NCBI GenBank assembly: GCA_963715515.1
Contig: OY970249.1
Location: forward strand, 3,007,080 to 3,071,079
Origin: an uncultured Solirubrobacterales bacterium
GTDB taxonomy: Bacteria > Actinomycetota > Thermoleophilia > Solirubrobacterales > Solirubrobacteraceae
DNA: 64,000 nucleotides
Reading direction: 5' to 3'
Under the pieces are notes generated by a model that did no database searches, had not been told where the DNA came from, and saw only the letters and a program-made list of their open reading frames with translations. This document shows, one piece after another, positions 19,551-27,595 of the stretch; the stretch's first letter is position 1; each line of letters starts with the position of its first letter. The position numbers and the translations under genes were made by a program.

Positions 19551-19615
19551 CGACCGCTCGCTTCTTGCAGCAGAAGGGCGCGTAAGCCCGCCTCCGTCAA
19601 TGGCAGCGCGATCAT
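19547..19615 (-). other. 22-aa relay mini-ORF between ruvC and ruvA
   Basis: MIALPLTEAGLRALLLQEASGR*; ATGA overlaps with both the ruvC stop and the ruvA start; its first 13 nt duplicate the ruvA start. Confidence 0.55.
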
Positions 19616-20112
19616 GCAAGCGCACCCGCGAGCGCGCCGGCAAGGGGCGCACAGTTGAGATGACACATGGCCACCGCCAGGGCGTCGGCGGTGTGGTCGG
19701 GCGTGGGCAGCTCGGGCAGCTCGAGCAGTGTCTGCACCATGCGCGCGACCTGCTCCTTCTCGGCGCGCCCGTGACCGCAGACGGAGGACTTAACCTTCTG
19801 AGGGGTGTAGCCGGTGCAGGGCACGCCGCGCTGGCCGGCGGCGAGCATCACGACGCCGCGCGCCTGCCCGACGGCGAAGGCCGTGCGAACGTTCTGGCCG
19901 AAGTAAAGCTCCTCCAGAGCTACGGCATCGGGCCGATGCTCCTCCAAAAGGGCATCGACGGCGCTGTGAATGTCGGCAAGGCGCCGCTCGATGGGAAGCC
20001 CGGCAGAGGTCTCGACGACGCCGCCGTCGAGCGCGGCCATGCGCCCTCGGCGGCGCGTGACGACGCCGTAGCCAGTGTTGGCCAGGCCGGGGTCGATGCC
20101 GAGGACGATCAC
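19612..20112 (-). CDS. ruvC: Crossover junction endodeoxyribonuclease RuvC
   Basis: VLGIDPGLANTGYG, EELYF, GQARG, DHTADALAVA motifs. Confidence 0.95.
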   Translation of the reverse strand: MIVLGIDPGLANTGYGVVTRRRGRMAALDGGVVETSAGLPIERRLADIHSAVDALLEEHRPDAVALEELYFGQNVRTAFAVGQARGVVMLAAGQRGVPCTGYTPQKVKSSVCGHGRAEKEQVARMVQTLLELPELPTPDHTADALAVAMCHLNCAPLAGALAGALA

Positions 20113-20245
20113 GGTGACTGATTCTGCGCGGCCGACCGGACGCCTGCCCGAGGCGCGTCTCGCGTGAGGCGGTCTGCCGCCGACCGGACGTCTCCTCGCG
20201 TGAGGCGGTCCACTGCCAACCACACGCCTGCCGGCGGTCGGCTCT

Positions 20246-21058
20246 TCAGCAGGTCACGCCCGCGCGCTGTTGCCACGGGGCCGCGCCCGAGGCCCAGAGG
20301 TCGTTGAGGGAGATGGCGTCCTTGTAGGTGTCCATGCACTCCCAGAAGCCATCGTGGCGATAAGCCCGCAGCTCACCGTCGCGCGCCAGGCGCTCCAGCG
20401 GACCCCGCTCGAGCACGCTGTCGTGCTCGAGATAGGAGAAGACTTGCGGTTGCAGGCAGAAGAAGCCCCCGTTGATCCAGTGCTCGGAGCGGGGCTTCTC
20501 GCGGAAGCCCAGCACGCGCCCATCGGAGCGGTCGAGTTCGGTGACCCCGAATTGCAGCTCCGGGCGCACGACCGTCATCGTCGCGGGCGCGCCGTGGCGG
20601 GAGTGGAAGTCGAGCAGGTCGCCGAGGTCGATGTCGGCAAGGCCGTCGGCATAGGTGAGGCAGAAGCGCTCGTCGCTCAGAAGCGGCTCCAACCGCTTGA
20701 CGCGCCCGCCCGTGGGAGTGTCGAGGCCCGTATTGACACAGTGCACCTGCACGCCCTCGGGCCAGGAATGCGAGGCGACGAAACGCTCGATCAGCTCGCC
20801 GCGGTAGCCGGTGGCGAGCAGGAAGCGTTTGAAGCCCTGCTGGGCGTAGAGCTGCAGGACGTGCCAGAGGATCGGCAGGCCCCCGATCTCCACGAGCGGC
20901 TTGGGCAGCTCCCGCGTGTGCTCCTGCAGGCGCGTGCCGCGACCCCCGCAGAGGATCGCCACGGGTGGCAGCGGCGAAGACGCCGGCGGCGTCGAGCGCA
21001 CCGGCAGCGGCGCCGTGTACCTGTCGGCCGCCCTCGGCGGCGGGGCGCTACCCGGCAA
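20246..21058 (-). CDS. Sugar-phosphate nucleotidyltransferase (glucose-1-phosphate cytidylyltransferase-like); start uncertain
   Basis: ILCGGRGTRL, PKPLVEIG, TGGR, TYADG, INGGFF, GFWECMDT motifs. Confidence 0.9.
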   Translation of the reverse strand: MPGSAPPPRAADRYTAPLPVRSTPPASSPLPPVAILCGGRGTRLQEHTRELPKPLVEIGGLPILWHVLQLYAQQGFKRFLLATGYRGELIERFVASHSWPEGVQVHCVNTGLDTPTGGRVKRLEPLLSDERFCLTYADGLADIDLGDLLDFHSRHGAPATMTVVRPELQFGVTELDRSDGRVLGFREKPRSEHWINGGFFCLQPQVFSYLEHDSVLERGPLERLARDGELRAYRHDGFWECMDTYKDAISLNDLWASGAAPWQQRAGVTC

Positions 21059-21800
21059 TGCGCTCGAGCATGTCGGCGGGCACGTCGAAGTTGGCGTGGA
21101 CGGCGCCGACGTCGTCGTTGTCTTCGAGCGCGTCGATCAGCTTCATGAGCTTGACGACCTGACCCTCGTGCTGGATCTCGACGAGCGAGGAGGGCCGATA
21201 GAGGAGTTCGGCGCTCCCCAGCTCGATGCCGGCCTCTTCGAGCGCATGGCGCACCGCGGAAAAGTCCTGCAGGGAGGTGACTACTTCGAGCAGGTCATCC
21301 TCGGCGGCGACGTCCTCGGCGCCTGCCTCGATGGCACTCAGCAGGTCGTCCTCGGAGTAGCGCGCAGCGTCGAGCAGGATGACGCCCTTTTTGTCGAACA
21401 GATAGCCGACCGAGCCGGGCTCCCCCAGCGAGCCGCCGAACTTGGTGAAGAGGTGTTTGACGTCGGCGCCCGTGCGGTTGCGGTTGTCGGTGACGGTCTC
21501 CACGAGCAGCGCCACGCCGCCGGGTCCGTAGCCTTCGTAGAGGATCGACTCGAGCGTCTGCGCGTCGGAGCCCGCGCCGGTGCCCTTGGCGATTGCGCGT
21601 TCGATGTTGTCCTTGGGCATCGAGGAGGCCTTGGCCTTCTGGATGGCGTTCTCGAGCGCCGCATTGGAATCGGGGTCGCCCCCGCCGTCGCGCGCGGCGA
21701 CGGTGATCGAGCGCGCGAGCTTGGTGAACTGCGCGCCGCGGCGCGAGTTGACGATCGCCTTCTTATGCTTGATCGAAGCCCACTTCGAGTGACCGGACAC
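21048..21800 (-). CDS. yebC: YebC/PmpR-family protein
   Basis: MSGHSKWASIKHKK, YEGYGPGG, TDNRNRT; typical position upstream of ruvC. Confidence 0.96.
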   Translation of the reverse strand: MSGHSKWASIKHKKAIVNSRRGAQFTKLARSITVAARDGGGDPDSNAALENAIQKAKASSMPKDNIERAIAKGTGAGSDAQTLESILYEGYGPGGVALLVETVTDNRNRTGADVKHLFTKFGGSLGEPGSVGYLFDKKGVILLDAARYSEDDLLSAIEAGAEDVAAEDDLLEVVTSLQDFSAVRHALEEAGIELGSAELLYRPSSLVEIQHEGQVVKLMKLIDALEDNDDVGAVHANFDVPADMLERIAG

Positions 21801-21822
21801 GGCTTAAAGATAGTGTGCCGGC
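21801..21822. promoter_or_regulatory. Back-to-back -10 hexamers for divergent, probably leaderless yebC and phosphomannomutase transcripts
   Basis: 22-bp gap; TATCTT (minus, 21807-21812) and TAGTGT (plus, 21811-21816), each 6 nt before a start codon; no SD. Confidence 0.6.
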
Positions 21823-23199
21823 ATGGCTGGAACCCTGGACCCTGCGATCTTCAAGGCCTACGACGTGCGTGGGCTTTACGGCGAGCAGATCGATGCCGAC
21901 GTGGCCGAGCAGATCGGCCGGGCGTTTGCACGCGTGCTCTCCCAGCTCGCCGGCAAGCCCGTGGCGGAGCTTCGGGTAGGCCTGGGCCGGGACATGCGCC
22001 TGAGCGCACCCGAGCTGGCAGCGCGCTATTGCGAGGGCTTGCTCAGGGAGGGCGCGCACGTAGTGGATGCCGGCGAAGTCGGCAGTGAGATGCTCTACTA
22101 CCTCGTCGGCTCGCGCGGCCTGGACGGCGGCTTGATGTGCACGGCGTCGCACAACCCCAAGGCCTATACGGGCGCCAAGCTGGTGCGTGAGGGCGCCATC
22201 GCGCTGAGCGGCGACGCCGGCATTCAGGACATCCGCCACACGATCGAAGCGGGCTTGGATGACGCAGCCACCCGTCGCGGCGAGGTGCAGGAGGTCGATC
22301 TCTACGCGGAGTTCCAGGAGGCCGCGTTGAAGTTCATCGACCCCGCGGCCGTCAAGCCCTTGAAGGTCGTGGTCGACGGCGGCAACGGCATGGCCGGCCC
22401 AATGGTGGGTCCGCTGCTGGAGCGCCTGGGCCTGGATCTGATCGAGACCTATTGGACGCCCAACGGCGAGTTCCCCGACCACGAGCCCAACCCGCTGTTG
22501 CCGGAGAACCGCCAGTTCATCATCGAGCAGGTCGGCGCAACTGGAGCCGACCTGGGGATCGCCTGGGACGGCGACGCCGATCGCTGCTTCTTCATCGACG
22601 ACAGCGGCGCCTTCGTGGACGGAGACTTTTTGACGGCGATCCTCGCGCAGACGCTGCTCCAGAAGCACCCCGGCGAGACGATCCTCTACGACGTGAGGGC
22701 TTCGCGGGCGGTGCCGGACACGGTTGCGAGGGCGGGCGGCACGGCGTACAAGAACCGCGTCGGCCACGCCTTCTTCAAGACGAGGATGCGCGAGGAGGGA
22801 GGGCTGTTCGGCGGCGAGGTCTCCGGTCACTACTACTTCCGCGACTTCTACTGCGCGGACTCGGGCACGATCCCGGCGCTGCTCGTGCTCGAGCACCTAT
22901 CGCGGACCGGCAGCAAGCTCTCGCAGCTGCTGGCGCCCTACCGCGAGCGTTACTTCATCTCCGGCGAGATCAACTCCGAGGTGGCCGAGCAGCGGGCCAA
23001 GATGGAGGAGATCGCCGAGCGCTACTCCGATGCGCGCCAGGAACGCCTGGACGGCATCTCGGTGGAGTACGACGACTGGCACTTCAATGTGCGCCCGTCG
23101 AACACGGAGCCGCTGTTGCGGTTGTGCCTGGAGTCCTTGGTGAGCCACGCGGACATGGAGCAGAGGCGCGACGAGGTGTTGGCGCTGATCCGCTCGTGA
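21823..23199 (+). CDS. Phosphomannomutase/phosphoglucomutase
   Basis: FKAYDVRG, TASHNP, DGDADR, GGEVSGH, RPSNTEP motifs. Confidence 0.96.
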   Translation: MAGTLDPAIFKAYDVRGLYGEQIDADVAEQIGRAFARVLSQLAGKPVAELRVGLGRDMRLSAPELAARYCEGLLREGAHVVDAGEVGSEMLYYLVGSRGLDGGLMCTASHNPKAYTGAKLVREGAIALSGDAGIQDIRHTIEAGLDDAATRRGEVQEVDLYAEFQEAALKFIDPAAVKPLKVVVDGGNGMAGPMVGPLLERLGLDLIETYWTPNGEFPDHEPNPLLPENRQFIIEQVGATGADLGIAWDGDADRCFFIDDSGAFVDGDFLTAILAQTLLQKHPGETILYDVRASRAVPDTVARAGGTAYKNRVGHAFFKTRMREEGGLFGGEVSGHYYFRDFYCADSGTIPALLVLEHLSRTGSKLSQLLAPYRERYFISGEINSEVAEQRAKMEEIAERYSDARQERLDGISVEYDDWHFNVRPSNTEPLLRLCLESLVSHADMEQRRDEVLALIRS

Positions 23200-23326
23200 C
23201 GGGAGCGGGCGCGATTCGCGGCGCTCAGAGGAGTGCCCATGCCACCGCCCGGCCCACGCCGGAGGCTGCCCGGTGAGTTCCCCACAACCCGAATTCGCCC
23301 GGCCCACGCCGGAGGCCGTCCGGTGA
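23196..23326 (+). other. Two chained relay mini-ORFs (23196-23276, 23273-23326) containing a 50-bp tandem duplication
   Basis: MTGAGAIRGAQRSAHATARPTPEAAR* and MSSPQPEFARPTPEAVR*; three successive GTGA overlaps. Confidence 0.5.
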
Positions 23327-24375
23327 GTTCCCCACAGCCCGGATTCATCCCTAGCGAGGAGGAACGGCGCGAAGGCGAGGAGGCGCTGGAGCTGGCCGCC
23401 GAGCAGGGCGTGCACCGCCTGGCGATTCCGACGCCCTTCCAGGTGGGCAGAGTCAACGCCTACCTGATCGAGGACGAGCCGCTGACGCTGATCGACTCGG
23501 GGCCCAACTCGGCGAAGGCGCTGGACGAGCTGGAACAGGCGCTGCGGGCGCGGGGCCACGCGATCGAGGACATCGAGCTGCTGGTGATCAGCCACCAGCA
23601 CATCGACCACTTCGGCCTGGCCTCGATCCTGGCGCGCCGCTCGGGCGCCGAGGTGGCGGCGCTGAGCGGTCTGGACGCCTACCTGGGGAGCTTCCGCGAA
23701 GCGACCGAACTCGACGATGTGTTCGCCGAGCACACGATGCTGCGTCACGGCATCCCGACCGATGTCGTCAGCGCGCTGCGCGCCGTGAGCGCGAGCTTTC
23801 GCGCCTGGGGCTCGACCGTCGAGGTGACGCGCTCGCTCGCGGACGGCGAGGAGCTGCGGCTGCGCGATCGCACGCTGCGCGTGCTGCACCGTCCGGGACA
23901 CAGCCCCTCGGACACCCTCTTCTGGGACGGGCAGCGCTCGCTGGCGATCGTCGCCGACCACCTGATCAAGCACATCTCCTCAAACCCGCTGCTCGCCCGC
24001 CCGCTGGGCGCGGGCAGGGATTTCACGGGCCCGCGCCCGGAAGCGCTCGTCGCCTATACGGCCTCGCTGGAGCAGACGCGCGCGATGGACTTCGAGCTGG
24101 TCCTCCCCGGCCACGGCCTGCCGATTACAGACCACCGGGCATTGATCGACCTGCGCCTGCGCATGCACGACCGCCGCGCCGAGCGCATGCGCGAGCTGAT
24201 CGCGCAGCAGCCGCGCACCGCCCACGAGGTGGCCCACGAGCTGTGGGGCAACATTGCCGTGACACAGGCCTATCTGACCCTCTCGGAGGTCCTTGGCCAC
24301 ATGGACCTGCTGATGAACGCCGAGCAGGTGCAGGAAACGGAGGAGGACGGTGTGGTGCGCTTCTCCGTCACCTAG
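23323..24375 (+). CDS. MBL-fold metallo-hydrolase with C-terminal winged-helix-like region (alternative start 23239)
   Basis: SHQHIDHFG, PGHSP, ADHL, LPGHG motifs. Confidence 0.92.
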   Translation: MSSPQPGFIPSEEERREGEEALELAAEQGVHRLAIPTPFQVGRVNAYLIEDEPLTLIDSGPNSAKALDELEQALRARGHAIEDIELLVISHQHIDHFGLASILARRSGAEVAALSGLDAYLGSFREATELDDVFAEHTMLRHGIPTDVVSALRAVSASFRAWGSTVEVTRSLADGEELRLRDRTLRVLHRPGHSPSDTLFWDGQRSLAIVADHLIKHISSNPLLARPLGAGRDFTGPRPEALVAYTASLEQTRAMDFELVLPGHGLPITDHRALIDLRLRMHDRRAERMRELIAQQPRTAHEVAHELWGNIAVTQAYLTLSEVLGHMDLLMNAEQVQETEEDGVVRFSVT

Positions 24376-24510
24376 CGCCGCGCCCGTGACCCGGCGTTGT
24401 AACGCACCGCCCCGCGAGCCGACGTTCGCCCGCGACCCGCCGTTGTAAACGTCGAAGTACAGTAAACTCCTTGACATTGAGCTGGGAGCGAAGGGTTGGT
24501 TTGGATGTAC

Positions 24511-25833
24511 ATGGATGGCGCGCAGGCGACGCAGGCGAATCCCCATCTGAATGTCTTCGAGCCCTATCGCGAGCTTGCGCGGGGGCACGAGGACCAGCTG
24601 ACGCGCGCGGCGATGATCGTGCTGCGGATGGTGCCGCTCGCGCGTGAGACGCTGCTGCAGGCCATCGGCGAGGGATCGCAGAGCGCGCTGCCGGAGTGCT
24701 CGCTCGATATGCAGGCCACGCACGTAGTCGCCTCGCGTGCCGCCGACAGCCCGCCGCGCGGAAGGCTGGTCAGCGTATTTCTGACTCCCGACATCGAGCC
24801 CTTTGCGCTGTCGGAGGAGATCACCGACACCGACCGCGGGCAGCGCTTCGACGGCGTGCTGCGCTTTGACCCCGAGCTGGTGGTGCTCGTCGAGAGCAAG
24901 GTCTGCCACCGCTGGGCGCGCCGCGACGGACACCGCGTCGCCGAGCTGAATCTGCGCGGGGCGCGCTTCGCGCAGCGGCGCACCTGCCTGCTGCCGTGGC
25001 ACGATCTGCTGGAGTCGTGGATGCGGCTCGTGGAGCTGGACGTGCTCGGCACCGCGGAGCGCGCGCTGGTGCAGGACATGCTCGACTACGCGCACCGCGA
25101 CTTCGCGCACCTGTTGCCCTTCGGCAGCCTGCGCCGCGCCGGCTCTGATCCCACGCGCCGGCGCCGACGACTGCGCTCGCTGCTCGGGCAGGCCACCGGC
25201 GTGCCCCCCGAGCGCGGCTCGCTCGTGCACGTGCGCCTCGATACGGCGCTCGGCGTCGTCTCCTTCCAGCGCGCGGCGCTCACGCTGGAGCACGACGATC
25301 TGCTCACGCTGCACATCTGGCCCGGCGAACTCAAGCACCAGGCCGAGTACCTATACACGGACGAGCACGCCGCGCATCTCTGCGAGCTGGCCGCGCCGGG
25401 AGCGCCGTGGCTGGTCGAGCCGCAGCCGCTGCTGGGCTACCGCAACGCGCCCGAGCGCTCGCGCGTCTACCTGACGTGCGCGCTGGACGCCCCCACCTAC
25501 GCGCGGCGCTGGCAGGGTGAGGACTGGGAGCGCGTCGGCGCGCACCACCGCAACCACATCCTCGCCGAGCTGTGGCCGTGGCTGCTGGCGCGCGGCTACG
25601 CCTCGCCGCAGGACTTTTCCGCGGTGGAGTCCTTCGTGGAATCCCTCGGACGGCGCTTCGCGCACCTGCGCCCGGGTATGCACGTCGCGCGCTCGTGGTC
25701 GCTGGAGCAGGCCGAGGAGCTGGACGACGACGGACGGCTCATCGGTGAGGTTCGCAGGGCGCTCCTCGACGTGCTGCGCATCCTCGAGGAGCCCACCTTG
25801 CCGGCGCTGCCGGCGGCGCCTGTTATGGGCTAG
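24511..25833 (+). CDS. Hypothetical protein with PD-(D/E)XK nuclease-like motif
   Basis: N-terminal NVFEPY..HEDQLTRA helix and RFDGVL-x6-VVLVESK pattern; high-GC3 codon usage. Confidence 0.6.
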   Translation: MDGAQATQANPHLNVFEPYRELARGHEDQLTRAAMIVLRMVPLARETLLQAIGEGSQSALPECSLDMQATHVVASRAADSPPRGRLVSVFLTPDIEPFALSEEITDTDRGQRFDGVLRFDPELVVLVESKVCHRWARRDGHRVAELNLRGARFAQRRTCLLPWHDLLESWMRLVELDVLGTAERALVQDMLDYAHRDFAHLLPFGSLRRAGSDPTRRRRRLRSLLGQATGVPPERGSLVHVRLDTALGVVSFQRAALTLEHDDLLTLHIWPGELKHQAEYLYTDEHAAHLCELAAPGAPWLVEPQPLLGYRNAPERSRVYLTCALDAPTYARRWQGEDWERVGAHHRNHILAELWPWLLARGYASPQDFSAVESFVESLGRRFAHLRPGMHVARSWSLEQAEELDDDGRLIGEVRRALLDVLRILEEPTLPALPAAPVMG

Positions 25834-25884
25834 ATGGCAGACACCCTCGCGGGCTAGATGGACCCACGTGCCGGCGCTAGATGA
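25828..25884. repeat. Triplicated convergent stop junction (GCTAGATG x3, 23-24 bp period)
   Basis: CTAG at 25830, 25854 and 25877; the outer copies supply the TAG stops of the two convergent genes. Confidence 0.7.
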
Positions 25885-26470
25885 CGCCCGCGTGCCGGCG
25901 CTCAACGGCCTTCAGCAGCAGCCGGTGCACGCGATCGTCGTCGGTCAGCTCGCTATGGAAGGCCACGACCAGCATGTCCCCCTGGCGGGCCGCCACGGCA
26001 TGGCCCTCGATCTGCGCCAGGATCTCGACCGTCGGTCCGTGCTCGGCGATCCAGGGGGCGCGGATGAAGACGCCTCGCAGCGGCCCCCCCTCCAGACCAG
26101 CCACATCGAGATCGGCCTCGAAGCTCTTTGCCTGACGGCCGAAGGCGTTGCGCTGCGCACGCATGTCCATCAGCCCGAGATGCTCGCGGTCGAGCATGAT
26201 CAGCCCCGCGCACGAGCCCAGAATCGGCGTGCCATCCCTGGCCAGCTCGCGCAGCGGCGCGGCCAGGCCCTCGCGTTCGATGCCGAGCGTCATCGTCGTC
26301 GACTCTCCCCCCGGCATCACCAGACCCTGCAGGCCATCGAGGTCGCCCGGCACGCGCACCTCGCGCACCTGCACGCCAAGCCCGCGTAGCATCTTGGCGT
26401 GGGCCTCGAAGCCGCCCTGCAACGCCAGCACGCCTATCGGCGAGGGGCAAGGTTTGCTTTGGTCGGACAT
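25877..26470 (-). CDS. pdxT: PLP synthase glutaminase subunit PdxT
   Basis: IGVLALQG, PGGESTT, GSCAG, RNAFGRQ, FIRAP, FHSEL motifs. Confidence 0.96.
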   Translation of the reverse strand: MSDQSKPCPSPIGVLALQGGFEAHAKMLRGLGVQVREVRVPGDLDGLQGLVMPGGESTTMTLGIEREGLAAPLRELARDGTPILGSCAGLIMLDREHLGLMDMRAQRNAFGRQAKSFEADLDVAGLEGGPLRGVFIRAPWIAEHGPTVEILAQIEGHAVAARQGDMLVVAFHSELTDDDRVHRLLLKAVERRHAGVI

Positions 26471-26475
26471 GCGCG

Positions 26476-26583
26476 GGTAGGACGGTCGAGGGTCAAGCGA
26501 GGCTAGGACGCAAGGGCGAAGGCTTGGTGGTGTCAAGTCGAGCCCGAGGACAACGCCTCGCGCAGGCCATCGACCGTCCTACC
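26476..26583. repeat. 14-bp perfect inverted repeat bracketing the pdxS-pdxT spacer
   Basis: GGTAGGACGGTCGA (26476-26489) and TCGACCGTCCTACC (26570-26583). Confidence 0.85.
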
Positions 26584-27463
26584 AACCACGCCGCGCCAGA
26601 AGCTGCTCGTCCTCCAACTTCGAACTCTCCAGGCTGACCATCGCCGGGCCCAGCCCGCGCGAGGCCTGCGCGATGCGCTCGGGGTCCTGCCAGTGCGTGG
26701 TGGCCTCCACGATCGCCCTCGCCCTGCCGGGCGGGTCCTCGGACTTGAAGATGCCCGAGCCGACGAACACGCCCTCGGCGCCCAGCGACATCATCAGCGC
26801 GGCGTCCGCCGGCGTGGCGATGCCGCCGGCGCAGAACAGAACCACCGGCAGCCTCCCGGCCGCGGCCACGCCCCGCACCAGCTCCAGCGGCGCTGCGAGT
26901 TCCTTGGCGGCGCTGGCAAGCTCGGCCTCCTGCAGGATCTGCAGCCGACGGATCTCGCCGGTGATGCGCCGCATGTGGCGCACAGCCTCAACGATGTCGC
27001 CCGTGCCGGCCTCGCCCTTGGAGCGGATCATCGCGGCGCCCTCGCCGATCCGCCGCAGGGCCTCACCGAGGTTGGTGGCGCCGCACACGAACGGCACCTT
27101 GAACATCCACTTGTCGATGTGGTTGCTCTCATCCGCCGGCGTCAGCACCTCGGACTCGTCGACGTAGTCCACCTCCAGCGCCTCCAGCACCTGCGCCTCG
27201 ACGAAATGACCGATGCGCGCCTTGGCCATCACCGGAATGCTCACGGCCTGCTGGATGCCGTCGATCATCTCGGGGTCGGACATCCGCGCCACGCCGCCGT
27301 CGCGACGGATGTCGGCGGGAACGCGCTCCAGCGCCATCACGGCGGCAGCGCCGGCATCCTCGGCCAGCTTGGCCTGCTCGGGAGTCACGACGTCCATGAT
27401 CACGCCGCCCTTGAGCATCTCCGCCAGGCCCGTCTTGACCCGGAATGTCGCCTCGTCGCGCAT
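26579..27463 (-). CDS. pdxS: PLP synthase lyase subunit PdxS
   Basis: [46 protein letters not shown]; TAGACT -10 lies 7 nt before ATG 27463. Confidence 0.97.
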   Translation of the reverse strand: MRDEATFRVKTGLAEMLKGGVIMDVVTPEQAKLAEDAGAAAVMALERVPADIRRDGGVARMSDPEMIDGIQQAVSIPVMAKARIGHFVEAQVLEALEVDYVDESEVLTPADESNHIDKWMFKVPFVCGATNLGEALRRIGEGAAMIRSKGEAGTGDIVEAVRHMRRITGEIRRLQILQEAELASAAKELAAPLELVRGVAAAGRLPVVLFCAGGIATPADAALMMSLGAEGVFVGSGIFKSEDPPGRARAIVEATTHWQDPERIAQASRGLGPAMVSLESSKLEDEQLLARRGW

Positions 27464-27501
27464 GGACGTAAGTCTATCCGGCGGGCGCATGTGCCTCTTT
27501 T

Positions 27502-27573
27502 CGGGCCGGCACATGTGCCGGCCCGCCGGACCGTGCATGCACGGTCCGGGGCTGTGCCACATGTGGCACAGCC
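27502..27573. repeat. Three abutting perfect 24-bp palindromes centred on CATG
   Basis: CGGGCCGGCACATGTGCCGGCCCG / CCGGACCGTGCATGCACGGTCCGG / GGCTGTGCCACATGTGGCACAGCC; checked base by base. Confidence 0.95.
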
Positions 27574-27595
27574 TTCCCCAGCAAGAGGAGCCTGA

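Noticed and set aside
10897-19658. Long antisense or alternate-frame ORFs (e.g. 10897-12369, 12318-13805, 14394-15944, 17961-19658, and many elsewhere)
   Set aside because: Shadow ORFs expected in ~70% GC DNA opposite well-supported genes; no recognisable motifs.
27478-27573. CRISPR or REP interpretation of the palindrome array
   Set aside because: Units differ in sequence, have no spacers and were not seen elsewhere in the window.
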